Shown here one piece after another: positions 41,401-54,800 of a stretch of 64,000 nt of DNA. Numbering within the stretch: the stretch's first letter is position 1; each line of letters starts with the position of its first letter. The translations under genes and the position numbers were made by a program. Below the pieces are notes generated by a model. It worked only from the letters and a program-made list of their open reading frames with translations. It was not told where the DNA came from and did not search any database. Location: NCBI RefSeq assembly GCF_009914755.1, contig NC_060941.1; one strand, 5' to 3'. Origin of the DNA: the human T2T-CHM13v2.0 reference genome, Homo sapiens.

Positions 41401-44400
41401 AACTGCAAGGGTATAATTGCACTCTTTGAGGAGTACCGTAGTAAAGGAAATAACTTCCTATAAAAAGAAGACAGAAGCTTTCTCAGAAAATTCTTTGGGA
41501 TGATTGAGTTGAACTCACAGAGCTGAGCATTCCTTGCGATGTAGCTGTTTAGAAACACACTTTCTGCAGAATCTGCAAGTGCATATTTGGACCTCTGTGA
41601 GGAATTCGTTGGAAACGGGATAATTTCAGCTGACTAAACAGAAGCAGTCTCAGAATCTTCTTTGTGATGTTTGCATTCAAATCCCCGAGTTGAACTTTCC
41701 TTTCAAAGTTCACGTTTGAAACACTCTTTTTGCAGGATCTACAAGTGGATATTTGGACCACTCTGTGTCCTTCGATCGAAACGGGTATATCTTCACATGA
41801 CATCTAGACAGAAGCATCCTCAGAAGCTTCTCTGTGATGACTGCATTCAACTCACGGAGTTGAACACTCCTTTTGAGAGCGCAGTTTTGAAACTCTCTTT
41901 CTGTGGCATCTGCAAGGGGACATGTAGACCTCTTTGAAGATTTCGTTGGAAACGGAATCATCTTCACATAAAAACTACACAGATGCATTCTCAGGAACTT
42001 TTTGGTGATGTTTGTATTCAACTCCCAGAGTTGAACTTTCCTTTGGAAAGAGCAGCTATGAAACACTGTTTTTCTAGAATCTGCAAGTGGACGTTTGGAG
42101 GGCTTTGTGGTTTGTGGTGGAAAAGGAAATATCTTCACCTAAATACTAGATAGAAGCATTCTCAGAAACTGCTTTGTGATGATTGCATTCACCTCACAGA
42201 GTTGAACATTCCTATTGATAGAGCAGTTTGGAAACACTCTTGTTGTGGAATGTGCAAGTGGAGATTTGGAGCGCTTTGAGGCCTATGGTAGTAAAGGGAA
42301 TAGCTTCATAGAAAAACTAGACAGAAGCATTCTCAGAAAATACTTTGTGATGATTGAGTTTAACTCACAGAGCTGAACATTCCTTTGGATGGAGCAGGTT
42401 TGAGACACACTTTTTGTAGAATCTACAAGTGGATATTTGGACCTCTCTGAGGATTTCGTTGGAAACGGGATAACTGCACCTAACTAAACGGAAGCATTCT
42501 CAGAAACTTCTTGGTGATGTTTGCATTCAAATCCCAGAGTTGAACCTTCCTTTGATAGTTCAGGTTTGAAACACTCTTTTTGTAGGATCTGCAAGTGGAT
42601 ATTTGGACCACTCTGTGGCCTTCGTTCGAAACGGGTATATCTTCGCATAAAATCTAGACAGAAGCCTTCTCAGAAACTTCTCTGTGATGATTGCATTCAA
42701 CTCACAGAGTTGAACCCTCCTATGGATAGAGCAGTGTTGAAACTCTCTTTTTGTGGAATCTGCAAGTGGATACGTGGACCTCTCCGAAGATGTCTTTGGA
42801 AACGGGAATATCTTCACATAAAAACTAAACAGAAGCATTCTCAGAAACTTCTCTGTGATGTTTGTGTTCAACTCCCAGAGTTTCACATTGCTTTTCATAG
42901 AGTAGTTCTGAAACATGCTTTTCGTAGTGTCTACAAGTGGACATTTGGAGCGCTTTCAGGCCTGTGGTGGAAAACGAATTATGGTCACATAAAAACTGGA
43001 GAGAAGCATTGTCAGAAACTTCTTTGTGATGATTGCATTCAACTCACAGAGTTGAAGGTTCCTTTTCAAAGAGCAGTTTCCAATCACTCTTTCTGCGGAA
43101 TCTGCAAGTGGATATTTGGACCTATTTTGAAGATTTCGTTGGAAACGGGAGAATCTTCACAGGAAAGCTAAACAGAAGCATTCTCAGAAACTTCTTTGTG
43201 ATGCTTGCATTCAACTCACAGAGTTGAACTTTCCTTTCGAGAGAGAAGCTTTGAAACACTCTTTTTCCAGAATCTGCAAGTGGACATTTGGAGGGCTTTG
43301 AGGCCTGTGGTGGAAAAGGAATTATCTTCCCGTAAAAGCTAGATAGAAGCATTCTCAGAAACTACATTGTGATGATTGCATTCAAGTCACAGAGTTGAAC
43401 ATTCCCTTTGACAGAGCAGTTTGGAAACTCTCTTTGTGTAGAATCTGCAAGTGGAGATATGGACCGCTTTGAGGCCTATGGTAGTAAAGGAAATAGCTTC
43501 ATATAAAAGCTAGACAGTAGCATTCACAGAAAACTCTTGGTGACGACTGAGTTTAACTCACAGAGCTGAACATTCCTTTGGATGGAGCAGTTTCGAAACA
43601 CACTATTTGTAGAATGTGCAAGTGGATATTTAGGCCTCTCTGAGGATTTCGTTGGAAACGGGATAAACCGCACAGAACTAAACAGAAGCATTCTCAGAAC
43701 CTTCTTCGTGATGTTTGCATTCAACTCACAGTGTTGAACCTTTCTTTGATAGTTCAGGTTTGAAACGGTCTTTCTGTAGAAACTGCAAGTAGATATTTGG
43801 ACCGCTCTGAGGATTTCGTTGGAAACGGGATAACCCGCACAGAACTAAAACAGAAGCATTCTCAGAACCCTCTTCGTGATGTTTGCATTCAACTCACAGT
43901 GCTGAACCTTTCTTTGATAGTTCAGCTTTGAAACACTCTTTTTGTAGAAACTGCAAGTGGATATTTGGTCCTCTCTGAGGAATTCGTTGGAAACGGGATA
44001 AACTGCACAGAACTAAACAGAAGCATTCTCAGAACCTTCTTCGTGATGTCTGCATTCAACTCACAGTGTGGAACCTTTCTTTGATAGTTCAGGTTTGAAA
44101 CACTCTTTTTGTAGAAACTGCAAGGGGATAATTGCACTCTTTGAGGAGTACCGTAGTAAAGGAAATAACTTCCTATAAAAAGAAGACAGAAGCTTTCTCA
44201 GAAAATTCTTTGGGATGATTGAGTTGAACTCACAGAGCTGAGCATTCCTTGCGATGTAGCTGTTTAGAAACACACTTTCTGCAGAATCTGCAAGTGCATA
44301 TTTGGACCTCTGTGAGGAATTCGTTGGAAACGGGATAATTTCAGCTGACTAAACAGAAGCAGTCTCAGAATCTTCTTTGTGATGTTTGCATTCAAATCCC

Positions 44401-46155
44401 CGAGTTGAACTTTCCTTTCAAAGTTCACGTTTGAAACACTCTTTTTGCAGGATCTACAAGTGGATATTTGGACCACTCTGTGTCCTTCGATCGAAACGGG
44501 TATATCTTCACATGACATCTAGACAGAAGCATCCTCAGAAGCTTCTCTGTGATGACTGCATTCAACTCACGGAGTTGAACACTCCTTTTGAGAGCGCAGT
44601 TTTGAAACTCTCTTTCTGTGGCATCTGCAAGGGGACATGTAGACCTCTTTGAAGATTTCGTTGGAAACGGAATCATCTTCACATAAAAACTACACAGATG
44701 CATTCTCAGGAACTTTTTGGTGATGTTTGTATTCAACTCCCAGAGTTGAACTTTCCTTTGGAAAGAGCAGCTATGAAACACTGTTTTTCTAGAATCTGCA
44801 AGTGGACGTTTGGAGGGCTTTGTGGTTTGTGGTGGAAAAGGAAATATCTTCACCTAAATACTAGATAGAAGCATTCTCAGAAACTGCTTTGTGATGATTG
44901 CATTCACCTCACAGAGTTGAACATTCCTATTGATAGAGCAGTTTGGAAACACTCTTGTTGTGGAATGTGCAAGTGGAGATTTGGAGCGCTTTGAGGCCTA
45001 TGGTAGTAAAGGGAATAGCTTCATAGAAAAACTAGACAGAAGCATTCTCAGAAAATACTTTGTGATGATTGAGTTTAACTCACAGAGCTGAACATTCCTT
45101 TGGATGGAGCAGGTTTGAGACACACTTTTTGTAGAATCTACAAGTGGATATTTGGACCTCTCTGAGGATTTCGTTGGAAACGGGATAACTGCACCTAACT
45201 AAACGGAAGCATTCTCAGAAACTTCTTGGTGATGTTTGCATTCAAATCCCAGAGTTGAACCTTCCTTTGATAGTTCAGGTTTGAAACACTCTTTTTGTAG
45301 GATCTGCAAGTGGATATTTGGACCACTCTGTGGCCTTCGTTCGAAACGGGTATATCTTCGCATAAAATCTAGACAGAAGCCTTCTCAGAAACTTCTCCGT
45401 GATGATTGCATTCAACTCACAGAGTTGAACCCTCCTATGGATAGAGCAGTGTTGAAACTCTCTTTTTGTGGAATCTGCAAGTGGATACGTGGACCTCTCC
45501 GAAGATGTCTTTGGAAACGGGAATATCTTCACATAAAAACTAAACAGAAGCATTCTCAGAAACTTCTCTGTGATGTTTGTGTTCAACTCCCAGAGTTTCA
45601 CATTGCTTTTCATAGAGTAGTTCTGAAACATGCTTTTCGTAGTGTCTACAAGTGGACATTTGGAGCGCTTTCAGGCCTGTGGTGGAAAACGAATTATGGT
45701 CACATAAAAACTGGAGAGAAGCATTGTCAGAAACTTCTTTGTGATGATTGCATTCAACTCACAGAGTTGAAGGTTCCTTTTCAAAGAGCAGTTTCCAATC
45801 ACTCTTTCTGCGGAATCTGCAAGTGGATATTTGGACCTATTTTGAAGATTTCGTTGGAAACGGGAGAATCTTCACAGGAAAGCTAAACAGAAGCATTCTC
45901 AGAAACTTCTTTGTGATGCTTGCATTCAACTCACAGAGTTGAACTTTCCTTTCGAGAGAGAAGCTTTGAAACACTCTTTTTCCAGAATCTGCAAGTGGAC
46001 ATTTGGAGGGCTTTGAGGCCTGTGGTGGAAAAGGAATTATCTTCCCGTAAAAGCTAGATAGAAGCATTCTCAGAAACTACATTGTGATGATTGCATTCAA
46101 GTCACAGAGTTGAACATTCCCTTTGACAGAGCAGTTTGGAAACTCTCTTTGTGTA

Positions 46156-48872
46156 GAATCTGCAAGTGGAGATATGGACCGCTTTGAGGCCTATGGTAGT
46201 AAAGGAAATAGCTTCATATAAAAGCTAGACAGTAGCATTCACAGAAAACTCTTGGTGACGACTGAGTTTAACTCACAGAGCTGAACATTCCTTTGGATGG
46301 AGCAGTTTCGAAACACACTATTTGTAGAATGTGCAAGTGGATATTTAGGCCTCTCTGAGGATTTCGTTGGAAACGGGATAAACCGCACAGAACTAAACAG
46401 AAGCATTCTCAGAACCTTCTTCGTGATGTTTGCATTCAACTCACAGTGTTGAACCTTTCTTTGATAGTTCAGGTTTGAAACGGTCTTTCTGTAGAAACTG
46501 CAAGTAGATATTTGGACCGCTCTGAGGATTTCGTTGGAAACGGGATAACCCGCACAGAACTAAAACAGAAGCATTCTCAGAACCCTCTTCGTGATGTTTG
46601 CATTCAACTCACAGTGCTGAACCTTTCTTTGATAGTTCAGCTTTGAAACACTCTTTTTGTAGAAACTGCAAGTGGATATTTGGTCCTCTCTGAGGAATTC
46701 GTTGGAAACGGGATAAACTGCACAGAACTAAACAGAAGCATTCTCAGAACCTTCTTCGTGATGTCTGCATTCAACTCACAGTGTGGAACCTTTCTTTGAT
46801 AGTTCAGGTTTGAAACACTCTTTTTGTAGAAACTGCAAGGGGATAATTGCACTCTTTGAGGAGTACCGTAGTAAAGGAAATAACTTCCTATAAAAAGAAG
46901 ACAGAAGCTTTCTCAGAAAATTCTTTGGGATGATTGAGTTGAACTCACAGAGCTGAGCATTCCTTGCGATGTAGCTGTTTAGAAACACACTTTCTGCAGA
47001 ATCTGCAAGTGCATATTTGGACCTCTGTGAGGAATTCGTTGGAAACGGGATAATTTCAGCTGACTAAACAGAAGCAGTCTCAGAATCTTCTTTGTGATGT
47101 TTGCATTCAAATCCCCGAGTTGAACTTTCCTTTCAAAGTTCACGTTTGAAACACTCTTTTTGCAGGATCTACAAGTGGATATTTGGACCACTCTGTGTCC
47201 TTCGATCGAAACGGGTATATCTTCACATGACATCTAGACAGAAGCATCCTCAGAAGCTTCTCTGTGATGACTGCATTCAACTCACGGAGTTGAACACTCC
47301 TTTTGAGAGCGCAGTTTTGAAACTCTCTTTCTGTGGCATCTGCAAGGGGACATGTAGACCTCTTTGAAGATTTCGTTGGAAACGGAATCATCTTCACATA
47401 AAAACTACACAGATGCATTCTCAGGAACTTTTTGGTGATGTTTGTATTCAACTCCCAGAGTTGAACTTTCCTTTGGAAAGAGCAGCTATGAAACACTGTT
47501 TTTCTAGAATCTGCAAGTGGACGTTTGGAGGGCTTTGTGGTTTGTGGTGGAAAAGGAAATATCTTCACCTAAATACTAGATATAGAAGCATTCTCAGAAA
47601 CTGCTTTGTGATGATTGCATTCACCTCACAGAGTTGAACATTCCTATTGATAGAGCAGTTTGGAAACACTCTTGTTGTGGAATGTGCAAGTGGAGATTTG
47701 GAGCGCTTTGAGGCCTATGGTAGTAAAGGGAATAGCTTCATAGAAAAACTAGACAGAAGCATTCTCAGAAAATACTTTGTGATGATTGAGTTTAACTCAC
47801 AGAGCTGAACATTCCTTTGGATGGAGCAGGTTTGAGACACACTTTTTGTAGAATCTACAAGTGGATATTTGGACCTCTCTGAGGATTTCGTTGGAAACGG
47901 GATAACTGCACCTAACTAAACGGAAGCATTCTCAGAAACTTCTTGGTGATGTTTGCATTCAAATCCCAGAGTTGAACCTTCCTTTGATAGTTCAGGTTTG
48001 AAACACTCTTTTTGTAGGATCTGCAAGTGGATATTTGGACCACTCTGTGGCCTTCGTTCGAAACGGGTATATCTTCGCATAAAATCTAGACAGAAGCCTT
48101 CTCAGAAACTTCTCCGTGATGATTGCATTCAACTCACAGAGTTGAACCCTCCTATGGATAGAGCAGTGTTGAAACTCTCTTTTTGTGGAATCTGCAAGTG
48201 GATACGTGGACCTCTCCGAAGATGTCTTTGGAAACGGGAATATCTTCACATAAAAACTAAACAGAAGCATTCTCAGAAACTTCTCTGTGATGTTTGTGTT
48301 CAACTCCCAGAGTTTCACATTGCTTTTCATAGAGTAGTTCTGAAACATGCTTTTCGTAGTGTCTACAAGTGGACATTTGGAGCGCTTTCAGGCCTGTGGT
48401 GGAAAACGAATTATGGTCACATAAAAACTGGAGAGAAGCATTGTCAGAAACTTCTTTGTGATGATTGCATTCAACTCACAGAGTTGAAGGTTCCTTTTCA
48501 AAGAGCAGTTTCCAATCACTCTTTCTGTGGAATCTGCAAGTGGATATTTGGACCTATTTTGAAGATTTCGTTGGAAACGGGAGAATCTTCACAGGAAAGC
48601 TAAACAGAAGCATTCTCAGAAACTTCTTTGTGATGCTTGCATTCAACTCACAGAGTTGAACTTTCCTTTCGAGAGAGAAGCTTTGAAACACTCTTTTTCC
48701 AGAATCTGCAAGTGGACATTTGGAGGGCTTTGAGGCCTGTGGTGGAAAAGGAATTATCTTCCCGTAAAAGCTAGATAGAAGCATTCTCAGAAACTACTTT
48801 GTGATGATTGCATTCAAGTCACAGAGTTGAACATTCCCTTTGACAGAGCAGTTTGGAAACTCTCTTTGTGTA
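46156..48872 (+). repeat. HOR copy U18, 2717 bp (2-bp insertion)
   Basis: CTAGATATAGAAG near 47581 versus CTAGATAGAAG in other units; all downstream ORF coordinates shift by +2. Confidence 0.95.
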
Positions 48873-51800
48873 GAATCTGCAAGTGGAGATATGGACCGCT
48901 TTGAGGCCTATGGTAGTAAAGGAAATAGCTTCATATAAAAGCTAGACAGTAGCATTCACAGAAAACTCTTGGTGACGACTGAGTTTAACTCACAGAGCTG
49001 AACATTCCTTTGGATGGAGCAGTTTCGAAACACACTATTTGTAGAATGTGCAAGTGGATATTTAGGCCTCTCTGAGGATTTCGTTGGAAACGGGATAAAC
49101 CGCACAGAACTAAACAGAAGCATTCTCAGAACCTTCTTCGTGATGTTTGCATTCAACTCACAGTGTTGAACCTTTCTTTGATAGTTCAGGTTTGAAACGG
49201 TCTTTCTGCAGAAACTGCAAGTAGATATTTGGACCGCTCTGAGGATTTCGTTGGAAACGGGATAACCCGCACAGAACTAAAACAGAAGCATTCTCAGAAC
49301 CCTCTTCGTGATGTTTGCATTCAACTCACAGTGCTGAACCTTTCTTTGATAGTTCAGCTTTGAAACACTCTTTTTGTAGAAACTGCAAGTGGATATTTGG
49401 TCCTCTCTGAGCATTTCGTTGGAAACGGGATAAACTGCACAGAACTAAACAGAAGCATTCTCAGAACCTTCTTCGTGATGTCTGCATTCAACTCACAGTG
49501 TGGAACCTTTCTTTGATAGTTCAGGTTTGAAACACTCTTTTTGTAGAAACTGCAAGGGGATAATTGCACTCTTTGAGGAGTACCGTAGTAAAGGAAATAA
49601 CTTCCTATAAAAAGAAGACAGAAGCTTTCTCAGAAAATTCTTTGGGATGATTGAGTTGAACTCACAGAGCTGAGCATTCCTTGCGATGTAGCAGTTTAGA
49701 AACACACTTTCTGCAGAATCTGCAAGTGCATATTTGGACCTCTGTGAGGAATTCGTTGGAAACGGGATAATTTCAGCTGACTAAACAGAAGCAGTCTCAG
49801 AATCTTCTTTGTGATGTTTGCATTCAAATCCCCGAGTTGAACTTTCCTTTCAAAGTTCACGTTTGAAACACTCTTTTTGCAGGATCTACAAGTGGATATT
49901 TGGACCACTCTGTGTCCTTCGTTCGAAACGGGTATATCTTCACATGACATCTAGACAGAAGCATCCTCAGAAGCTTCTCTGTGATGACTGCATTCAACTC
50001 ACGGAGTTGAACACTCCTTTTGAGAGCGCAGTTTTGAAACTCTCTTTCTGTGGCATCTGCAAGGGGACATGTAGACCTCTTTGAAGATTTCGTTGGAAAC
50101 GGAATCATCTTCACATAAAAACTACACAGATGCATTCTCAGGAACTTTTTGGTGATGTTTGTATTCAACTCCCAGAGTTGAACTTTCCTTTGGAAAGAGC
50201 AGCTATGAAACACTGTTTTTCTAGAATCTGCAAGTGGACGTTTGGAGGGCTTTGTGGTTTGTGGTGGAAAAGGAAATATCTTCACCTAAATACTAGATAG
50301 AAGCATTCTCAGAAACTGCTTTGTGATGATTGCATTCACCTCACAGAGTTGAACATTCCTATTGATAGAGCAGTTTGGAAACACTCTTGTTGTGGAATGT
50401 GCAAGTGGAGATTTGGAGCGCTTTGAGGCCTATGGTAGTAAAGGGAATAGCTTCATAGAAAAACTAGACAGAAGCATTCTCAGAAAATACTTTGTGATGA
50501 TTGAGTTTAACTCACAGAGCTGAACATTCCTTTGGATGGAGCAGGTTTGAGACACACTTTTTGTAGAATCTACAAGTGGATATTTGGACCTCTCTGAGGA
50601 TTTCGTTGGAAACGGGATAACTGCACCTAACTAAACGGAAGCATTCTCAGAAACTTCTTGGTGATGTTTGCATTCAAATCCCAGAGTTGAACCTTCCTTT
50701 GATAGTTCAGGTTTGAAACACTCTTTTTGTAGGATCTGCAAGTGGATATTTGGACCACTCTGTGGCCTTCGTTCGAAACGGGTATATCTCCGCATAAAAT
50801 CTAGACAGAAGCCTTCTCAGAAACTTCTCCGTGATGATTGCATTCAACTCACAGAGTTGAACCCTCCTATGGATAGAGCAGTGTTGAAACTCTCTTTTTG
50901 TGGAATCTGCAAGTGGATACGTGGACCTCTCCGAAGATGTCTTTGGAAACGGGAATATCTTCACATAAAAACTAAACAGAAGCATTCTCAGAAACTTCTC
51001 TGTGATGTTTGTGTTCAACTCCCAGAGTTTCACATTGCTTTTCATAGAGTAGTTCTGAAACATGCTTTTCGTAGTGTCTACAAGTGGACATTTGGAGCGC
51101 TTTCAGGCCTGTGGTGGAAAACGAATTATGGTCACATAAAAACTGGAGAGAAGCATTGTCAGAAACTTCTTTGTGATGATTGCATTCAACTCACAGAGTT
51201 GAAGGTTCCTTTTCAAAGAGCAGTTTCCAATCACTCTTTCTGTGGAATCTGCAAGTGGATATTTGGACCTATTTTGAAGATTTCGTTGGAAACGGGAGAA
51301 TCTTCACAGGAAAGCTAAACAGAAGCATTCTCAGAAACTTCTTTGTGATGCTTGCATTCAACTCACAGAGTTGAACTTTCCTTTCGAGAGAGAAGCTTTG
51401 AAACACTCTTTTTCCAGAATCTGCAAGTGGACATTTGGAGGGCTTTGAGGCCTGTGGTGGAAAAGGAATTATCTTCCCGTAAAAGCTAGATAGAAGCATT
51501 CTCAGAAACTACTTTGTGATGATTGCATTCAAGTCACAGAGTTGAACATTCCCTTTGACAGAGCAGTTTGGAAACTCTCTTTGTGTAGAATCTGCAAGTG
51601 GAGATATGGACCGCTTTGAGGCCTATGGTAGTAAAGGAAATAGCTTCATATAAAAGCTAGACAGTAGCATTCACAGAAAACTCTTGGTGACGACTGAGTT
51701 TAACTCACAGAGCTGAACATTCCTTTGGATGGAGCAGTTTCGAAACACACTATTTGTAGAATGTGCAAGTGGATATTTAGGCCTCTCTGAGGATTTCGTT

Positions 51801-54800
51801 GGAAACGGGATAAACCGCACAGAACTAAACAGAAGCATTCTCAGAACCTTCTTCGTGATGTTTGCATTCAACTCACAGTGTTGAACCTTTCTTTGATAGT
51901 TCAGGTTTGAAACGGTCTTTCTGCAGAAACTGCAAGTAGATATTTGGACCGCTCTGAGGATTTCGTTGGAAACGGGATAACCCGCACAGAACTAAAACAG
52001 AAGCATTCTCAGAACCCTCTTCGTGATGTTTGCATTCAACTCACAGTGCTGAACCTTTCTTTGATAGTTCAGCTTTGAAACACTCTTTTTGTAGAAACTG
52101 CAAGTGGATATTTGGTCCTCTCTGAGCATTTCGTTGGAAACGGGATAAACTGCACAGAACTAAACAGAAGCATTCTCAGAACCTTCTTCGTGATGTCTGC
52201 ATTCAACTCACAGTGTGGAACCTTTCTTTGATAGTTCAGGTTTGAAACACTCTTTTTGTAGAAACTGCAAGGGGATAATTGCACTCTTTGAGGAGTACCG
52301 TAGTAAAGGAAATAACTTCCTATAAAAAGAAGACAGAAGCTTTCTCAGAAAATTCTTTGGGATGATTGAGTTGAACTCACAGAGCTGAGCATTCCTTGCG
52401 ATGTAGCAGTTTAGAAACACACTTTCTGCAGAATCTGCAAGTGCATATTTGGACCTCTGTGAGGAATTCGTTGGAAACGGGATAATTTCAGCTGACTAAA
52501 CAGAAGCAGTCTCAGAATCTTCTTTGTGATGTTTGCATTCAAATCCCCGAGTTGAACTTTCCTTTCAAAGTTCACGTTTGAAACACTCTTTTTGCAGGAT
52601 CTACAAGTGGATATTTGGACCACTCTGTGTCCTTCGTTCGAAACGGGTATATCTTCACATGACATCTAGACAGAAGCATCCTCAGAAGCTTCTCTGTGAT
52701 GACTGCATTCAACTCACGGAGTTGAACACTCCTTTTGAGAGCGCAGTTTTGAAACTCTCTTTCTGTGGCATCTGCAAGGGGACATGTAGACCTCTTTGAA
52801 GATTTCGTTGGAAACGGAATCATCTTCACATAAAAACTACACAGATGCATTCTCAGGAACTTTTTGGTGATGTTTGTATTCAACTCCCAGAGTTGAACTT
52901 TCCTTTGGAAAGAGCAGCTATGAAACACTGTTTTTCTATAATCTGCAAGTGGACGTTTGGAGGGCTTTGTGGTTTGTGGTGGAAAAGGAAATATCTTCAC
53001 CTAAATACTAGATAGAAGCATTCTCAGAAACTGCTTTGTGATGATTGCATTCACCTCACAGAGTTGAACATTCCTATTGATAGAGCAGTTTGGAAACACT
53101 CTTGTTGTGGAATGTGCAAGTGGAGATTTGGAGCGCTTTGAGGCCTATGGTAGTAAAGGGAATAGCTTCATAGAAAAACTAGACAGAAGCATTCTCAGAA
53201 AATACTTTGTGATGATTGAGTTTAACTCACAGAGCTGAACATTCCTTTGGATGGAGCAGGTTTGAGACACACTTTTTGTAGAATCTACAAGTGGATATTT
53301 GGACCTCTCTGAGGATTTCGTTGGAAACGGGATAACTGCACCTAACTAAACGGAAGCATTCTCAGAAACTTCTTGGTGATGTTTGCATTCAAATCCCAGA
53401 GTTGAACCTTCCTTTGATAGTTCAGGTTTGAAACACTCTTTTTGTAGGATCTGCAAGTGGATATTTGGACCACTCTGTGGCCTTCGTTCGAAACGGGTAT
53501 ATCTCCGCATAAAATCTAGACAGAAGCCTTCTCAGAAACTTCTCTGTGATGATTGCATTCAACTCACAGAGTTGAACCCTCCTATGGATAGAGCAGTGTT
53601 GAAACTCTCTTTTTGTGGAATCTGCAAGTGGATACGTGGACCTCTCCGAAGATGTCTTTGGAAACGGGAATATCTTCACATAAAAACTAAACAGAAGCAT
53701 TCTCAGAAACTTCTCTGTGATGTTTGTGTTCAACTCCCAGAGTTTCACATTGCTTTTCATAGAGTAGTTCTGAAACATGCTTTTCGTAGTGTCTACAAGT
53801 GGACATTTGGAGCGCTTTCAGGCCTGTGGTGGAAAACGAATTATGGTCACATAAAAACTGGAGAGAAGCATTGTCAGAAACTTCTTTGTGATGATTGCAT
53901 TCAACTCACAGAGTTGAAGGTTCCTTTTCAAAGAGCAGTTTCCAATCACTCTTTCTGTGGAATCTGCAAGTGGATATTTGGACCTATTTTGAAGATTTCG
54001 TTGGAAACGGGAGAATCTTCACAGGAAAGCTAAACAGAAGCATTCTCAGAAACTTCTTTGTGATGCTTGCATTCAACTCACAGAGTTGAACTTTCCTTTC
54101 GAGAGAGAAGCTTTGAAACACTCTTTTTCCAGAATCTGCAAGTGGACATTTGGAGGGCTTTGAGGCCTGTGGTGGAAAAGGAATTATCTTCCCGTAAAAG
54201 CTAGATAGAAGCATTCTCAGAAACTACTTTGTGATGATTGCATTCAAGTCACAGAGTTGAACATTCCCTTTGACAGAGCAGTTTGGAAACTCTCTTTGTG
54301 TAGAATCTGCAAGTGGAGATATGGACCGCTTTGAGGCCTATGGTAGTAAAGGAAATAGCTTCATATAAAAGCTAGACAGTAGCATTCACAGAAAACTCTT
54401 GGTGATGACTGAGTTTAACTCACAGAGCTGAACATTCCTTTGGATGGAGCAGTTTCGAAACACACTATTTGTAGAATGTGCAAGTGGATATTTAGGCCTC
54501 TCTGAGGATTTCGTTGGAAACGGGATAAACCGCACAGAACTAAACAGAAGCATTCTCAGAACCTTCTTCGTGATGTTTGCATTCAACTCACAGTGTTGAA
54601 CCTTTCTTTGATAGTTCAGGTTTGAAACGGTCTTTCTGCAGAAACTGCAAGTAGATATTTGGACCTCTCTGAGGATTTCGTTGGAAACGGGATAACCCGC
54701 ACAGAACTGAAACAGAAGCATTCTCAGAACCCTCTTCGTGATGTTTGCATTCAACTCACAGTGCTGAACCTTTCTTTGATAGTTCAGCTTTGAAACACTC

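Noticed and set aside
47413-47637. Unique 74-aa ORF
   Set aside because: It is created by the 2-bp insertion frameshifting past a stop codon.
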